This document shows, in pieces, positions 1 to 10,149 of a stretch of DNA of 58,834 bases (the first letter of the stretch is position 1; each line of letters starts with the position of its first letter). The position numbers were made by a program, and so were the translations under genes. Below the pieces are notes generated by a model that saw only the letters and a program-made list of their open reading frames with translations, was not told the origin of the DNA and did no database searches. The DNA comes from Thainema sp. (GTDB taxonomy: Bacteria; Cyanobacteriota; Cyanobacteriia; Phormidesmidales; Phormidesmidaceae). The stretch is taken from the NCBI GenBank assembly GCA_052168235.1, contig JBQLZK010000049.1, positions 1 to 58,834 on the forward strand, in the 5' to 3' direction.

Positions 1-27
1 CGGTGCCAGGTCAATCATTCAAGCGGA

Positions 28-55
28 AAGGAGCTAATCAGCTGATTAGCTCCTT
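28..55. terminator. Perfect 28-bp palindrome followed by a T-rich tract; probable terminator of an upstream gene outside the window
   Basis: AAGGAGCTAATCAG|CTGATTAGCTCCTT, then cctagattttttattt. Confidence 0.6.
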
Positions 56-172
56 CCTAGATTTTTTATTTCGCTTTTTCTCAAGTGTGAATTAGTACAG
101 AATCTAATAGGGCATTGTAGAAACCTTTGAGCATGGTATGCTGAGAGACCGGAAACCTTGATGTTGTAAGCA

Positions 173-2215
173 ATGCTGACTGTAAATCGTCCTGCTACAG
201 AATCTGCTTTTCCCCTTACGGCTGTTGTTGGTCAAGAGGCTATTAAACTGGCGCTGTTGTTGTCGGCCGTTGATCCTGCTCTTGGGGGTGTGATTATTGC
301 GGGTCGTCGCGGTACGGCCAAATCAGTAATGGCACGAGCGATTCATGCATTGTTGCCGCCAATTGAAGTTATTGAAGGCACTTGCTGCAACTGTAATCCG
401 TCTCAGCCCAGTGAGTGGGACGATGAAACCCAGCAGCGTTTTGCTGCCGATACTCCGATTGAAAGTTTGCCTACTAAGGTGGTTCCCGCTCCCTTCGTCC
501 AGATCCCTCTAGGTGTAACTGAGGATCGACTAATTGGATCGGTAGACGTAGCGCAGTCAATTAAGCGAGGCGAAACTATTTTTCAGCCGGGTCTTTTGGC
601 TGAAGCCCATCGCGGTGTGATTTATGTTGATGAGATCAACCTGCTTGATGATCAGATTTCTAATTTGCTCCTGGGTGCATTGACTGAAGGTCGTAATCAA
701 ATTGAGCGGGAAGGTATTAGCTTTCAGCATCCATGCAATCCGCTGCTGATTGCAACCTATAACCCTGAAGAAGGGACAGTGCGAGAACACCTGCTGGATC
801 GGTTTGCGATCGCGCTTTCTGCTGATATGGTTCTAGGTTTAGATCAGAGAGTTCAAGCTGTCGAACAAGCGACGGGCTATTCTGATTCTCCACAACAGTT
901 TTTAGAACAGTACGCTGAAGATTTGGATGGTCTGAAGACCCAAATTATTCTGGCGCGGGAATGGCTCAAAGATGTTCAAATCAGCCATGACCAGATTGAG
1001 TATTTGGTGAATGAAGCTTTGCGTGGCGGTGTTCAGGGCCATCGAGCCGAACTCTATGCCGTTCGTGTTGCGAAGGCTCATGCTTCACTAGAAGGGCGCA
1101 CTCAGGTTAATGCTGAAGATTTGCGTAAAGCCGTTGAACTGGTCATCGTGCCGCGTTCGACGATTGTGCAAACACCGCCGGATGAGCCACCGCCGCCGCC
1201 TCAGGAACCCCCCCCGCCACCGCCTCAGGACCGGTCGGAGCAGGAGCAAGATGATTCCGAGGAGGAGAACGAGGAAGAGGAGCAGGACGAGCCGGAAGAT
1301 CAGCCTACGCCGGATTTACCAGAAGAGTTTGTCTTTGATCCAGAAGGGGTGATTCTCGATCCCTCGGTGCTGTATTTTGCTCAGATGGCAAATCGGCAGG
1401 GCAAATCCGGCAGTCGCAGTATGATCTTTTCCGATGAGCGGGGGCGGTATATCAAACCGGTAATGCCGCAGGGAACAACGATGCGAATTGCGGTGGATGC
1501 AACGCTGCGTTCGGCGGCACCATATCAAAAAGCGCGGCGAGCCCGACAGCCAAATCGTCGCGTAATTGTGGAACAGAGTGATATTCGGGCTAAGCGGCTC
1601 GCGAGGAAAGCGGGATCGCTGGTGATTTTTGTTGTAGATGCATCAGGTTCAATGGCGCTGAATCGAATGCAGTCGGCTAAAGGGGCAGTGATGCGGCTGC
1701 TGACAGAAGCGTATCAAAGCCGCGATCAAGTGGCTCTGATTCCCTTCCGGGGTGAACAAGCCGATGTACTGCTGCCCCCAACTCGTTCAATTGCTGCTGC
1801 TCGGCGACGACTGGATCGATTGCCCTGTGGTGGGGGTTCGCCACTAGCACATGGTCTGACTCAAGCGGTGCGAGTTGGCGTTAATGCGCAGCAGTCGGGC
1901 GATGTCGGTCAGGTGATGATTGTGGCGATTACGGATGGTCGCGGCAACATTCCTCTCGCTCGTTCCCTAGGTGAAGAGCTGGATCCGAGTGAAAAGCCTG
2001 ACATTAAGGGTGAACTACTGGATATTGCTGGACGAATCCGGGCAATGGGCATTCAACTTCTCGTCGTTGATACTGAGAATAAGTTCGTCTCGACCGGTTT
2101 CGCCAAAGAACTGGCGAAGCAGGCGGGCGGTAAGTATTACCATCTACCGAAGGCGACGGATCAGGCGATTGCGGCGATGACCAAGGGCGCGATCTCAGAT
2201 ATGAAAGCCAAGTAA
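173..2215 (+). CDS. chlD: Magnesium chelatase subunit D
   Basis: AAA N-terminus ([27 protein letters not shown]), poly-Pro/acidic linker, C-terminal vWA domain ([23 protein letters not shown]). Confidence 0.96.
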   Translation: MLTVNRPATESAFPLTAVVGQEAIKLALLLSAVDPALGGVIIAGRRGTAKSVMARAIHALLPPIEVIEGTCCNCNPSQPSEWDDETQQRFAADTPIESLPTKVVPAPFVQIPLGVTEDRLIGSVDVAQSIKRGETIFQPGLLAEAHRGVIYVDEINLLDDQISNLLLGALTEGRNQIEREGISFQHPCNPLLIATYNPEEGTVREHLLDRFAIALSADMVLGLDQRVQAVEQATGYSDSPQQFLEQYAEDLDGLKTQIILAREWLKDVQISHDQIEYLVNEALRGGVQGHRAELYAVRVAKAHASLEGRTQVNAEDLRKAVELVIVPRSTIVQTPPDEPPPPPQEPPPPPPQDRSEQEQDDSEEENEEEEQDEPEDQPTPDLPEEFVFDPEGVILDPSVLYFAQMANRQGKSGSRSMIFSDERGRYIKPVMPQGTTMRIAVDATLRSAAPYQKARRARQPNRRVIVEQSDIRAKRLARKAGSLVIFVVDASGSMALNRMQSAKGAVMRLLTEAYQSRDQVALIPFRGEQADVLLPPTRSIAAARRRLDRLPCGGGSPLAHGLTQAVRVGVNAQQSGDVGQVMIVAITDGRGNIPLARSLGEELDPSEKPDIKGELLDIAGRIRAMGIQLLVVDTENKFVSTGFAKELAKQAGGKYYHLPKATDQAIAAMTKGAISDMKAK

Positions 2216-2297
2216 GCCAAATTTGTTTCTAAAAAACACACTGCCTTGATTAGGTTAGCGCTGCTAGCTTGTGTCGAGGCAGTTTTGCTATTTTTAG

Positions 2298-3584
2298 ATG
2301 TCGGCTCAAACGCCATTCAATCAAAGGAATTCGGCCAGCATGTTCAAATTGATCACCCTTCTGTTAACGAGCAGTTTGACCGTGATGGCAGGGGCAACCC
2401 TTGCTCCAGCGCTGCCGCAAATCGAGGCGTTCTTTGCAGATGAACCTAACGCAGCATTTTGGGTCAAGCTGATGTTGACCATGCCTGCTCTATTTAGCGC
2501 CATTGGTGCACCATTGTCCGGCGCGATCGCAGACTGGCTCGGACGCAAACCGCTTCTACTTGGTGCCGCGATTTTATATGGCTTAGCGGGATCATCAGGG
2601 CTCGTCTTGAGTTCAATTACGGGGTTGCTGATTGGACGGGCGCTGTTGGGTTTTGCAGTTGCAGGTGTCATGACTGCTTCCACGGCTCTCATTGCTGATT
2701 ACTATCACGGTGCCGAGCGCAATCACATTATGGGCGTGCAATCGGCCTTCATGGGATTTGGTGGCGTTGTATTTCTTGTTTTGGGCGGAGTGCTGGCAGA
2801 CGTTGACTGGCGGTTCCCCTTTGCTATTTATCTCACCGCGCTTGTGGCGGCAGTTATGGTGGCGCTATCCATTCATGAACCAACACGAGAAAAAGCGCAC
2901 GAGAACTTGAAAGCCAAGCGCGATCAGGCTGCCGCACTATTAGATTCATCAGCTCAGAAGGAAACGACCGCAGTCTTTGGACGATTCAAGCCGTCATTCA
3001 GCGGTGAAGCATCGTTTGTGCCTGTGCTCATGGGTATTTATCTACAGGTTTTTGTCTTTATGGCGGTGTTTTACATTGTGCCTGTGCAGCTTCCGTTTTA
3101 TCTAAATACGCTGAGCGCAGGGATTAGCAACACCGCCACTGGAATTGCGATCGCATCCTTGGAACTCGCCTGCGCCATTTTTTCACTGTATTACCGTCCG
3201 ATGAAACAGCGGTTTAGCTTTAGCCAAATTCTCGCCATTGGCTTTCTTAGCTTTGGCGTTGGATATTTAATAGTTGCGATCGCGCAATCTTACGCAGTCG
3301 TTCTTATTGGTTTAATCATTGCTGGTATTGGATTTGGGGTACTGATTCCCAATGCAAACGTATGGCTAAATGCCATTACTCCAACTGCTGCTCGCGGACG
3401 AGCGGTCGGTGGGCTCAGCACCAGCGTCTTTCTGGGCCAGTTTTTTTCACCGATATTGAGTCAACCGCTGATTCAACAAACTGGATCAGGCGCAACCTAT
3501 GGACTAGTCGGTATCGGTATGAGTGCGATCGCAATCATGGTTTTGGTCAGTACTCAAATCTACAACCCAGATCGCAGCCGTTAA
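2298..3584 (+). CDS. MFS transporter (start may be ATG 2340)
   Basis: About 12 hydrophobic segments, motif A GAIADWLGRKPLL, second-half motif ARGRAVG. Confidence 0.9.
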   Translation: MSAQTPFNQRNSASMFKLITLLLTSSLTVMAGATLAPALPQIEAFFADEPNAAFWVKLMLTMPALFSAIGAPLSGAIADWLGRKPLLLGAAILYGLAGSSGLVLSSITGLLIGRALLGFAVAGVMTASTALIADYYHGAERNHIMGVQSAFMGFGGVVFLVLGGVLADVDWRFPFAIYLTALVAAVMVALSIHEPTREKAHENLKAKRDQAAALLDSSAQKETTAVFGRFKPSFSGEASFVPVLMGIYLQVFVFMAVFYIVPVQLPFYLNTLSAGISNTATGIAIASLELACAIFSLYYRPMKQRFSFSQILAIGFLSFGVGYLIVAIAQSYAVVLIGLIIAGIGFGVLIPNANVWLNAITPTAARGRAVGGLSTSVFLGQFFSPILSQPLIQQTGSGATYGLVGIGMSAIAIMVLVSTQIYNPDRSR

Positions 3585-3611
3585 CCGAGATTTAGCTGTA
3601 GCGGCTTGTTC

Positions 3612-4166
3612 TTAGTAGATTGCCTGACAAGTTGATAGAACCTGCTGATCAGTTTCACTGATCGTTTCAATGGCATGAAAGCCTTCTAAACCAAAGGGTG
3701 CAGCGGCATCTGTTCCAGCAACAACTGCATTGCTCGCTAAGGCAACTTCGTAAGGATACGTGGTTTGGTCGTAGCTGTTGGTGATGTTTAGGGCCAGCTG
3801 TTCGCCAACGACTTCGCCGTGAAAGCAATCAAACGAGGATTGGGGCATGTAGAATGCGCCAACAACCTTTTGGTCTTGCATGGTGAAGACTATATAGGTT
3901 GCGCCAATTTGCTCTGCTGTAGCTGACTGGCCGAACAGGTATGTTTTAGCGGTTGATTCAACAGCAGGTGAATTGGAGGCAACCAATTCAGCTTGGGGCT
4001 TTACTTTCTGGGGAACGCTGACACCATCAGCCTTAGCTTGAGGGAAGGTGACGGCAGTAATGATCAATGCCAAGGTCAGTAGTAATCCAGTCACGATGCG
4101 CTCAACCGGAGTAGAGGACTGAGTGGCAGCAATTGATTTGAGGTAGAGGCGAGTATGAAGTGTCAT
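3612..4166 (-). CDS. Conserved cyanobacterial hypothetical protein, probably exported
   Basis: N-terminal hydrophobic segment ending in an AKA-like cleavage site; YLFGQS...VVGAFYMPQSSFDCF block recalled from cyanobacterial hypotheticals. Confidence 0.75.
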   Translation of the reverse strand: MTLHTRLYLKSIAATQSSTPVERIVTGLLLTLALIITAVTFPQAKADGVSVPQKVKPQAELVASNSPAVESTAKTYLFGQSATAEQIGATYIVFTMQDQKVVGAFYMPQSSFDCFHGEVVGEQLALNITNSYDQTTYPYEVALASNAVVAGTDAAAPFGLEGFHAIETISETDQQVLSTCQAIY

Positions 4167-4301
4167 GGCACAGACCGATCGGGTTAGGGGCAGTAGCGAG
4201 CAAGTGAAGCGCTTGCTTGTTACTTATAAGGATCCACGATCGGTTAGCAAAATTCCGTGATAGTGCCCATCAAATTCTTGTGATTCTGAGCATAGCTCTG
4301 T

Positions 4302-4317
4302 AGTGATACGGATCACG
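4302..4317. promoter_or_regulatory. CRP (SyCRP1)-like site
   Basis: aGTGA-TACGGA-TCACg matches the GTGA-N6-TCAC core; lies in a divergent promoter region. Confidence 0.5.
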
Positions 4318-4548
4318 CTGCTATCGAGATTTGAAACTAGCGGGAGAAGATCTAAAGTCGCCTTTCAACTAGGATTGCCTTATGAAGCTGATTCAAACTT
4401 TCCCAAAGTTCCACCTTGTACGCAATCCGCTTGCAAAAGTAGGTTTTAGGGTTTGTGAAAGTTAGTATGCCAAATTTTACAAACCATAGTTCGGGTTCTT
4501 CCCCAGCGGATTCAGGATTAAAATCATCGCTTTTATGAACAGTTAATC

Positions 4549-6984
4549 ATGTTACGGGCAAAGCAGTTCTTACTGTCTGGATATAGTGTTGCGGTTGTCG
4601 CCAGCCTGTTGGCAGTGTTGCTACGGTTTCTGCTGGTACCTCTGCTTTTTGACAATGCGCCGCTGTTGATCTTCATCATGCCCGTCCTGTTGAGTGCTTG
4701 GTATGGCGGTCTACAGCCCGGTTTATTGGCCACCGCATTGTCTGCACTGCTAGGAACCTATTTTTTTGTTGCTCCTCAATCTAGCCTTGGTGGCCTCGAC
4801 ATTGGCAACTTTACCCGCGTGACGATTTTCGTGGTTGAGGGCATTTGCATCAGTGGACTCAGTGAAGCCTTACGAGACGCTAAAAAACGTGCTGAGCGGG
4901 TGTCCTCGCAGTTGAGCGAACGCGAAGAACAGTATCGGCTGTTGGTAGAAGAGGTTCGAGATTACGCTATTTTTGGCCTCGATCCTCAAGGTCGGGTGAC
5001 AAGCTGGAACAAAGGCGCAGAGCTGATGCAAGGCTATACCGCTGCGGAAGCATTGGGACGGCACTTTTCCCTGTTCTACACTGAAGCTGCGATCGCACAG
5101 GGTGAACCTGATTGCACGCTACAAATTGCAGTTGCCGAAGGACGAGTTGAAGATAGGGGATGGCGTAGACGCAAAGACGGCTCACTCTTTTGGGCGGATG
5201 TGGTGATTACAGCACTACGAGATGGACAGGGGCAGCTTTGTGGCTTTTCGAAAGTGATGCGTGATATTACCCAACGACTGCAAAGCGAGGAGGCGCTACA
5301 GGAAAGTTACGGGTTGCTGCACGCAGTGATTGAGGGAACAGGAAATGCCATTTTTGTTAAAGATTGGCAGGGACGGTATAAACTCATAAACTCTGCTGTT
5401 GCCCATATTATGGGGCGCTCTAAAGCTGAAATTTTGGGCAAAGACGATACCGCCTTGCTGCCTTTGGATGCTGCGACTGTCCTCCGGCAACTTGACTCTA
5501 TCGTTATGGAAACGGGCACGTCTCACGTTTTTGAGGAAGAAATTGAAGAGGCGGATGGAATTCATACCTTTCTCTCCACCAAAGATCCCTATCAAGACGC
5601 TCAAGGCAACATTGTCGGTGTGATTGGCATTTCCCGTGATATTACCGATCGCAAGCAGGCAGAAGCAGCCCTGCGGCGATCAGCACAGCGGCTCGAAACG
5701 CTACAGCAGATTGACCGGGCGATTCTGCAAGCGACCAGCCCTAAAACCATCGCCCAAACTGCCCTCCGTCGTCTGCGAGATGCGATCGCATTTCAGCAAG
5801 CGATGGTGGCTTTGTTCAACGCCGAAATCAATGAAGCGTATGTACTGGCGGGACAAGTGGATTCCCAGTCACACGGTTCCGTTTTGCCCATTGAAGCCTT
5901 GTCTTTGCCCGCCCGCTTGTGTAATCAGGACGGTATTTGCTACATCCGAGATTTGGTAACGATGCCGGAACGCCCACCGCTGTTTGAACAGGCTGTTGCA
6001 GATGGCAGCCGCAGTGCTGTGGTGGTGGCACTGCTGGCGGAAAATAAGCTGATTGGCAATCTGTATATACTGGCGGATCAACTCGCTGCTTTTGACTCAG
6101 AAAGCCTGGAGATTGCGCAGGAAGTTGCCAACCAACTTGCGATCGCAATTCAGCAGGCCCAGCTACGAGAACAACTACAACGTCATGCAGCGGAATTAGA
6201 GCATCGGGTAGCTGAACGTACGGCCCGGCTTGAAGAAACCAATCAAGAATTAGAAGCGTTTACGTATTCGGTTTCCCATGATTTGCGAGCGCCGCTGCGG
6301 ACGATTCAAGGATTTGCCCAAGCTTTTTTGGAAGACTGCGGCCAGCAGCTAGAGGATGTTTGCCACAGCTACGTTCATTCCATTGTTGATGATGCCGTTC
6401 AGATGAATGGGTTAATTAGCGATTTGCTGAACTATAGCCGTTTGACGCGCACTCAAATCAGCTTACAGCCCACGTCTCTGGATGAGGTTGTGCAAGAAGC
6501 CCGGAAGCAACTGACGACTGAAATTCAGGACAAACAGGCTCAGCTTCAGATTGCGGCTCCTTTACCCCCCGTAATCGCTCATCGATCAACTCTGATTCAA
6601 GTCGTTACGAATCTGATCAGTAATGCCATTAAGTTTGTGGAATCCGATACACAACCTCAGATAGATATCTTTGCGACCACGGAGCGCCAAGATCAGCAAA
6701 ACTGGATCCGTTTATGGATTATCGACAATGGCATAGGCATTGCACCTGAGCACCAAGAACGAGTATTCCGCGTCTTCGAACGTCTGCATGGTGCCGAAAG
6801 CTACCCCGGTACGGGCATTGGCTTGGCCATCGTTCGTAAAGGGCTAGACCGAATGGGAGGACGAGTGGGCGTGGAATCGCAACTGGAGCAAGGAAGCCAT
6901 TTTTGGATTGCGCTGCCGAGTGCTGTTCTCAGCTTGAATTGCTTAACCGATGACAAAACCTCTTCGCATTCTCTTGATCGATGA
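4549..6984 (+). CDS. Membrane sensor histidine kinase (DUF4118-like TM, PAS, PAS, GAF, HisKA, HATPase)
   Basis: 4 N-terminal TMs, PAS motifs (SWNKGAE, RKDGSLFW, RDITDRK), H-box SVSHDLRAPLR, NLISNAIKF, DNGIGI, GTGIGL. Confidence 0.93.
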   Translation: MLRAKQFLLSGYSVAVVASLLAVLLRFLLVPLLFDNAPLLIFIMPVLLSAWYGGLQPGLLATALSALLGTYFFVAPQSSLGGLDIGNFTRVTIFVVEGICISGLSEALRDAKKRAERVSSQLSEREEQYRLLVEEVRDYAIFGLDPQGRVTSWNKGAELMQGYTAAEALGRHFSLFYTEAAIAQGEPDCTLQIAVAEGRVEDRGWRRRKDGSLFWADVVITALRDGQGQLCGFSKVMRDITQRLQSEEALQESYGLLHAVIEGTGNAIFVKDWQGRYKLINSAVAHIMGRSKAEILGKDDTALLPLDAATVLRQLDSIVMETGTSHVFEEEIEEADGIHTFLSTKDPYQDAQGNIVGVIGISRDITDRKQAEAALRRSAQRLETLQQIDRAILQATSPKTIAQTALRRLRDAIAFQQAMVALFNAEINEAYVLAGQVDSQSHGSVLPIEALSLPARLCNQDGICYIRDLVTMPERPPLFEQAVADGSRSAVVVALLAENKLIGNLYILADQLAAFDSESLEIAQEVANQLAIAIQQAQLREQLQRHAAELEHRVAERTARLEETNQELEAFTYSVSHDLRAPLRTIQGFAQAFLEDCGQQLEDVCHSYVHSIVDDAVQMNGLISDLLNYSRLTRTQISLQPTSLDEVVQEARKQLTTEIQDKQAQLQIAAPLPPVIAHRSTLIQVVTNLISNAIKFVESDTQPQIDIFATTERQDQQNWIRLWIIDNGIGIAPEHQERVFRVFERLHGAESYPGTGIGLAIVRKGLDRMGGRVGVESQLEQGSHFWIALPSAVLSLNCLTDDKTSSHSLDR

Positions 6985-8446
6985 TAATCGCAGCGATCGC
7001 GCTTTAGTAATTCGAGAACTGGAGCGAAATTTTGACCAACTGATTATCGAGGAAGTAACTAACTCCATCCAGTTTAATCATGAACTCGAACTGGGTAATT
7101 TTGACGCGGTGATTACTGATTTTCAACTGCGCTGGGCGATTGGACTCGATATTTTGGAAAAGGTGCGACAGCGCTATTCAAATTGTCCGGTGGTTATGTT
7201 TACGAATACCGGAACTGAAGAGATTGCGGTTGAAGCGATGAAGCTTGGACTGGATGACTACATCATTAAACAGCCCAACCGCTACCTGCGAGTTCCGATC
7301 GCTGTTCAAACTGCCTTAGAAAGACGAGCCGCTCAGCGACGAGCGGCGCTCCTGGAAATCCGGCTACAGGGTCTCCTGAATCAGGTCAAAATTGGTATTT
7401 TCCGATTCCAGGCAAACGGCACTATCATCGAAGCCAATCGGGCTTTTCTAGAGCTACTCGGTGCAGAATCATTGGCTCAAGTTAACGCCATGAACGGACT
7501 GGATATCTGCGATCGCTATATTGAACTTGTTAACTTGCCGCCACCGCAGCAGCAGGAGCAACAGGTGCAGCTACAGCGCAGCGATGGGACTTCGTTTTGG
7601 GCACTGTTGACCATCACCTTGAATACGGTCGAAGGTGTGACGGTTGCCGACGGCCTATTGGAAGACATCACCGAGCGTAAACAGGCTGAAACGGCGCTTC
7701 AAGAATTAAATGCCACCCTAGAAGCACGAGTACAGGAACGGACGGCTCAACTGCAAGCAGCCAACCAAGAGCTGGAGGCGTTTACGTATACTGTGTCTCA
7801 TGATCTCGGTTCGCCCCTACGGGCTATTCAAGGATATGCCCGCATTCTACTCGATGAGGTCGGTGAAACTCTGGATGGCAGGCATCTAGACGTTCTACAG
7901 CGCATTGCAACCAATGCGAGGCACCTCGCTATCTTCATGTCCGACCTGTTGTCCTACAGCCGTTTTCGTCAAATTGAAATCGAGCTGGCATCGATTAGCT
8001 TGTCTGAGGTATGGACAGAAGTATTAACTCGATTAGAACCGGAAATTCAAGCGCGGCAGGCACAGATTCAACTTCAGGAACCGCTGCCAACCGTACAGGC
8101 CAACCGTCCCGTTCTTATCCAGGTGCTCACCAACTTACTCGCCAACGCAATTAAATTTGTTGCTGAAGGGGTACAGCCCCAAGTGCAAGTATGGGCAGAG
8201 CCGCACGATCGGTATATTCGGTTGTGGATAGAGGATAATGGAATTGGGATTGCCCCTGATCAGCAGGAGCAAATTTTTAGACCCTTTACCCGCCTGCATT
8301 CTGAAGAAGATTATCCGGGCACTGGAATTGGTTTGGCGACTGCGCGTAAAGGCGTTGAGCGTATGGGCGGACAGATGGGCGTTGAATCTCAGGCCGGGCA
8401 ATGCAGTCGATTTTGGATAACACTACCAACGGCACCGGAGTCCTGA
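6950..8446 (+). CDS. Hybrid receiver-PAS-histidine kinase
   Basis: REC (ILLIDD, VITD, DYIIK), PAS, H-box TVSHDLGSPLR, N/G1/G2 boxes; overlaps the upstream gene by 35 bp. Confidence 0.92.
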   Translation: MTKPLRILLIDDNRSDRALVIRELERNFDQLIIEEVTNSIQFNHELELGNFDAVITDFQLRWAIGLDILEKVRQRYSNCPVVMFTNTGTEEIAVEAMKLGLDDYIIKQPNRYLRVPIAVQTALERRAAQRRAALLEIRLQGLLNQVKIGIFRFQANGTIIEANRAFLELLGAESLAQVNAMNGLDICDRYIELVNLPPPQQQEQQVQLQRSDGTSFWALLTITLNTVEGVTVADGLLEDITERKQAETALQELNATLEARVQERTAQLQAANQELEAFTYTVSHDLGSPLRAIQGYARILLDEVGETLDGRHLDVLQRIATNARHLAIFMSDLLSYSRFRQIEIELASISLSEVWTEVLTRLEPEIQARQAQIQLQEPLPTVQANRPVLIQVLTNLLANAIKFVAEGVQPQVQVWAEPHDRYIRLWIEDNGIGIAPDQQEQIFRPFTRLHSEEDYPGTGIGLATARKGVERMGGQMGVESQAGQCSRFWITLPTAPES

Positions 8447-8471
8447 ACGGAATCCTGATGCAGGAGTCCTT

Positions 8472-8930
8472 ATGAATATAGAGAATACGATTCTGCTAGT
8501 TGAAGATAATCCTAAAGATGTCTTTTTAGTCCAGCGAGCGTTTCGTAAAGCGGAAATCCTTACGCCTCTGCAAGTGGTGAGTGATGGTGATGCGGCTATT
8601 CAGTATCTGGCCGGAGAATCACCCTATTGCGATCGCACAACTTATCCACTGCCTGTCCTGGTACTGCTCGATCTCAAACTGCCTCGGAAATCAGGTGCAG
8701 AAGTATTATCCTGGATCCGCCAAGAATCTGCCTTGAAACGGCTACCTGTCGTTGCTTTGACTTCATCGCGAGAATATGCGGATGTCAATCGGATCTATGA
8801 CCTAGGGGCTAATGCCTACATCGTTAAACCCCCTGATTTCGATCAATTGGTCAATATTCTGAGGACGCTCGATCTGCATTGGATTACCTACAACGAAAAA
8901 CCCCAAATGGAGTCGGAGTGGTATCAGTGA
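8472..8930 (+). CDS. Single-domain response regulator, Rcp1-type
   Basis: ILLVEDNPKD, LVLLDLKLP, LTSS, GANAYIVKP, terminal W-containing helix typical of Rcp1/RcpA. Confidence 0.92.
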   Translation: MNIENTILLVEDNPKDVFLVQRAFRKAEILTPLQVVSDGDAAIQYLAGESPYCDRTTYPLPVLVLLDLKLPRKSGAEVLSWIRQESALKRLPVVALTSSREYADVNRIYDLGANAYIVKPPDFDQLVNILRTLDLHWITYNEKPQMESEWYQ

Positions 8931-9077
8931 ATTTTGTATGACATCAAACGTTGACTTTCGTTGACTTTTGTAAAGCAAAAACGGGCGTGAGATGGTAATT
9001 TGTGAACAGCCAACGGTCGATGTCATCAAGAAGCCTCCCCTTCAGTTGGCTGATTTTGTTTAAGCCATCTTTTCAGT

Positions 9078-9299
9078 ATGCTAAAACCATTTGTCAATAC
9101 CTTAAACGACTCCAGTGCGGTGTCTCGCTCCGCCAAGGTTGCAGTGGTGGTCGGCACAATTCTGCTAGCAATCAATCATGGAAAAGCGATCGCGCAGGAC
9201 AAAATGAGTACTGACCGCTGGATTTCGGCAGGGTTGACCTACATGGTGCCGTTTATGGTGAGTCTGCACGGTCAGTCAATGCAGCGGAAGGCGCGATAG
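9078..9299 (+). CDS. nrtS: NrtS-family small nitrate/nitrite transporter
   Basis: 73 aa with AVVVGTILLAINHG and RWISAGLTYMVPFMVSLHGQ, the NrtS signature. Confidence 0.8.
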   Translation: MLKPFVNTLNDSSAVSRSAKVAVVVGTILLAINHGKAIAQDKMSTDRWISAGLTYMVPFMVSLHGQSMQRKAR

Positions 9300-9416
9300 C
9301 CATTAGCTATGCACTGAATTAGCTATGCGGCGCGATAACCATATCAAATATGCGCTGATAGCCATCAAATGCTATGTAGGAAAGTGCCACAGGTTTTTTG
9401 CTGTAGGAGTTGTACT

Positions 9417-10094
9417 CTAGTCCTTGAGAACGTAACCGACGCCGCGCACAGTTTGGATGAGGCGTTTTTCTTGGTTTTCTTCCAGCTTTAATCGCAGGTA
9501 ACGAATATAAACCTCAATGATGTTGGAATCGCCCATGAAATCGTAGCCCCAGACCTGTTCCAAAATGCGATCGCGAGTTAGTACCTGGCGCGGATTGGTC
9601 ATGAGATAGTCCAGCAGATCGAATTCTTTGGCGGTCAGCTCAATGGCGCGATCGCCGCGATAGACTTCGCGAGTTTTGCGGTTGAGGGTGAGGTCGTCAA
9701 ATTGCAGCATGTCCGGATCGTCGGGCTGGGTGCGCCGCAGATGGGCCCGGACTCGCGCTAGCAGTTCTTCAATGCTGAAGGGCTTCACCATGTAGTCATC
9801 TGCTCCAGCGTCCAGCCCGGTAACGCGATCGGTGACTTCATCCTTGGCAGTGAGCAGAATCACTGGCACTTGGTTGCCCGTACTGCGTAGGCGACGGCAC
9901 ACTTCCACACCGCTGAGTCCCGGCAGCATCCAGTCCAGAATTAGCAAATCATACTGAGCGTCACGGGCGGCCATCAGTCCAGCCAGACCATCGTGAGCGA
10001 CATCGACTTTATAGTCTTCGTAACCCAGCTCTAGTTCGATGAAGCGGGCTAGTTTTTCCTCATCTTCTACGAGTAGAATGCGTGCCGTTGTCAT
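9417..10094 (-). CDS. OmpR/PhoB-family response regulator
   Basis: REC (LLVEDE, ILDWMLP, KPF) plus winged helix (LTAKEFDLL, VWGY, IQTVRGVGY). Confidence 0.96.
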   Translation of the reverse strand: MTTARILLVEDEEKLARFIELELGYEDYKVDVAHDGLAGLMAARDAQYDLLILDWMLPGLSGVEVCRRLRSTGNQVPVILLTAKDEVTDRVTGLDAGADDYMVKPFSIEELLARVRAHLRRTQPDDPDMLQFDDLTLNRKTREVYRGDRAIELTAKEFDLLDYLMTNPRQVLTRDRILEQVWGYDFMGDSNIIEVYIRYLRLKLEENQEKRLIQTVRGVGYVLKD

Positions 10095-10113
10095 GGTTTT
10101 AGCCTTTTGTATC

Positions 10114-10149
10114 GGGAGAGTGGGGGAGTGGGAGAGTAGGTGGGTAGGT
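10114..10149 (+). repeat. G-rich 8-bp short tandem repeat
   Basis: GGGAGAGT GGGGGAGT GGGAGAGT AGGTGGGT AGGT between the kinase stop and the regulator start. Confidence 0.7.

Noticed and set aside
1177..1320. Poly-Pro and acidic low-complexity stretch in chlD
   Set aside because: Standard ChlD linker between the AAA and vWA domains
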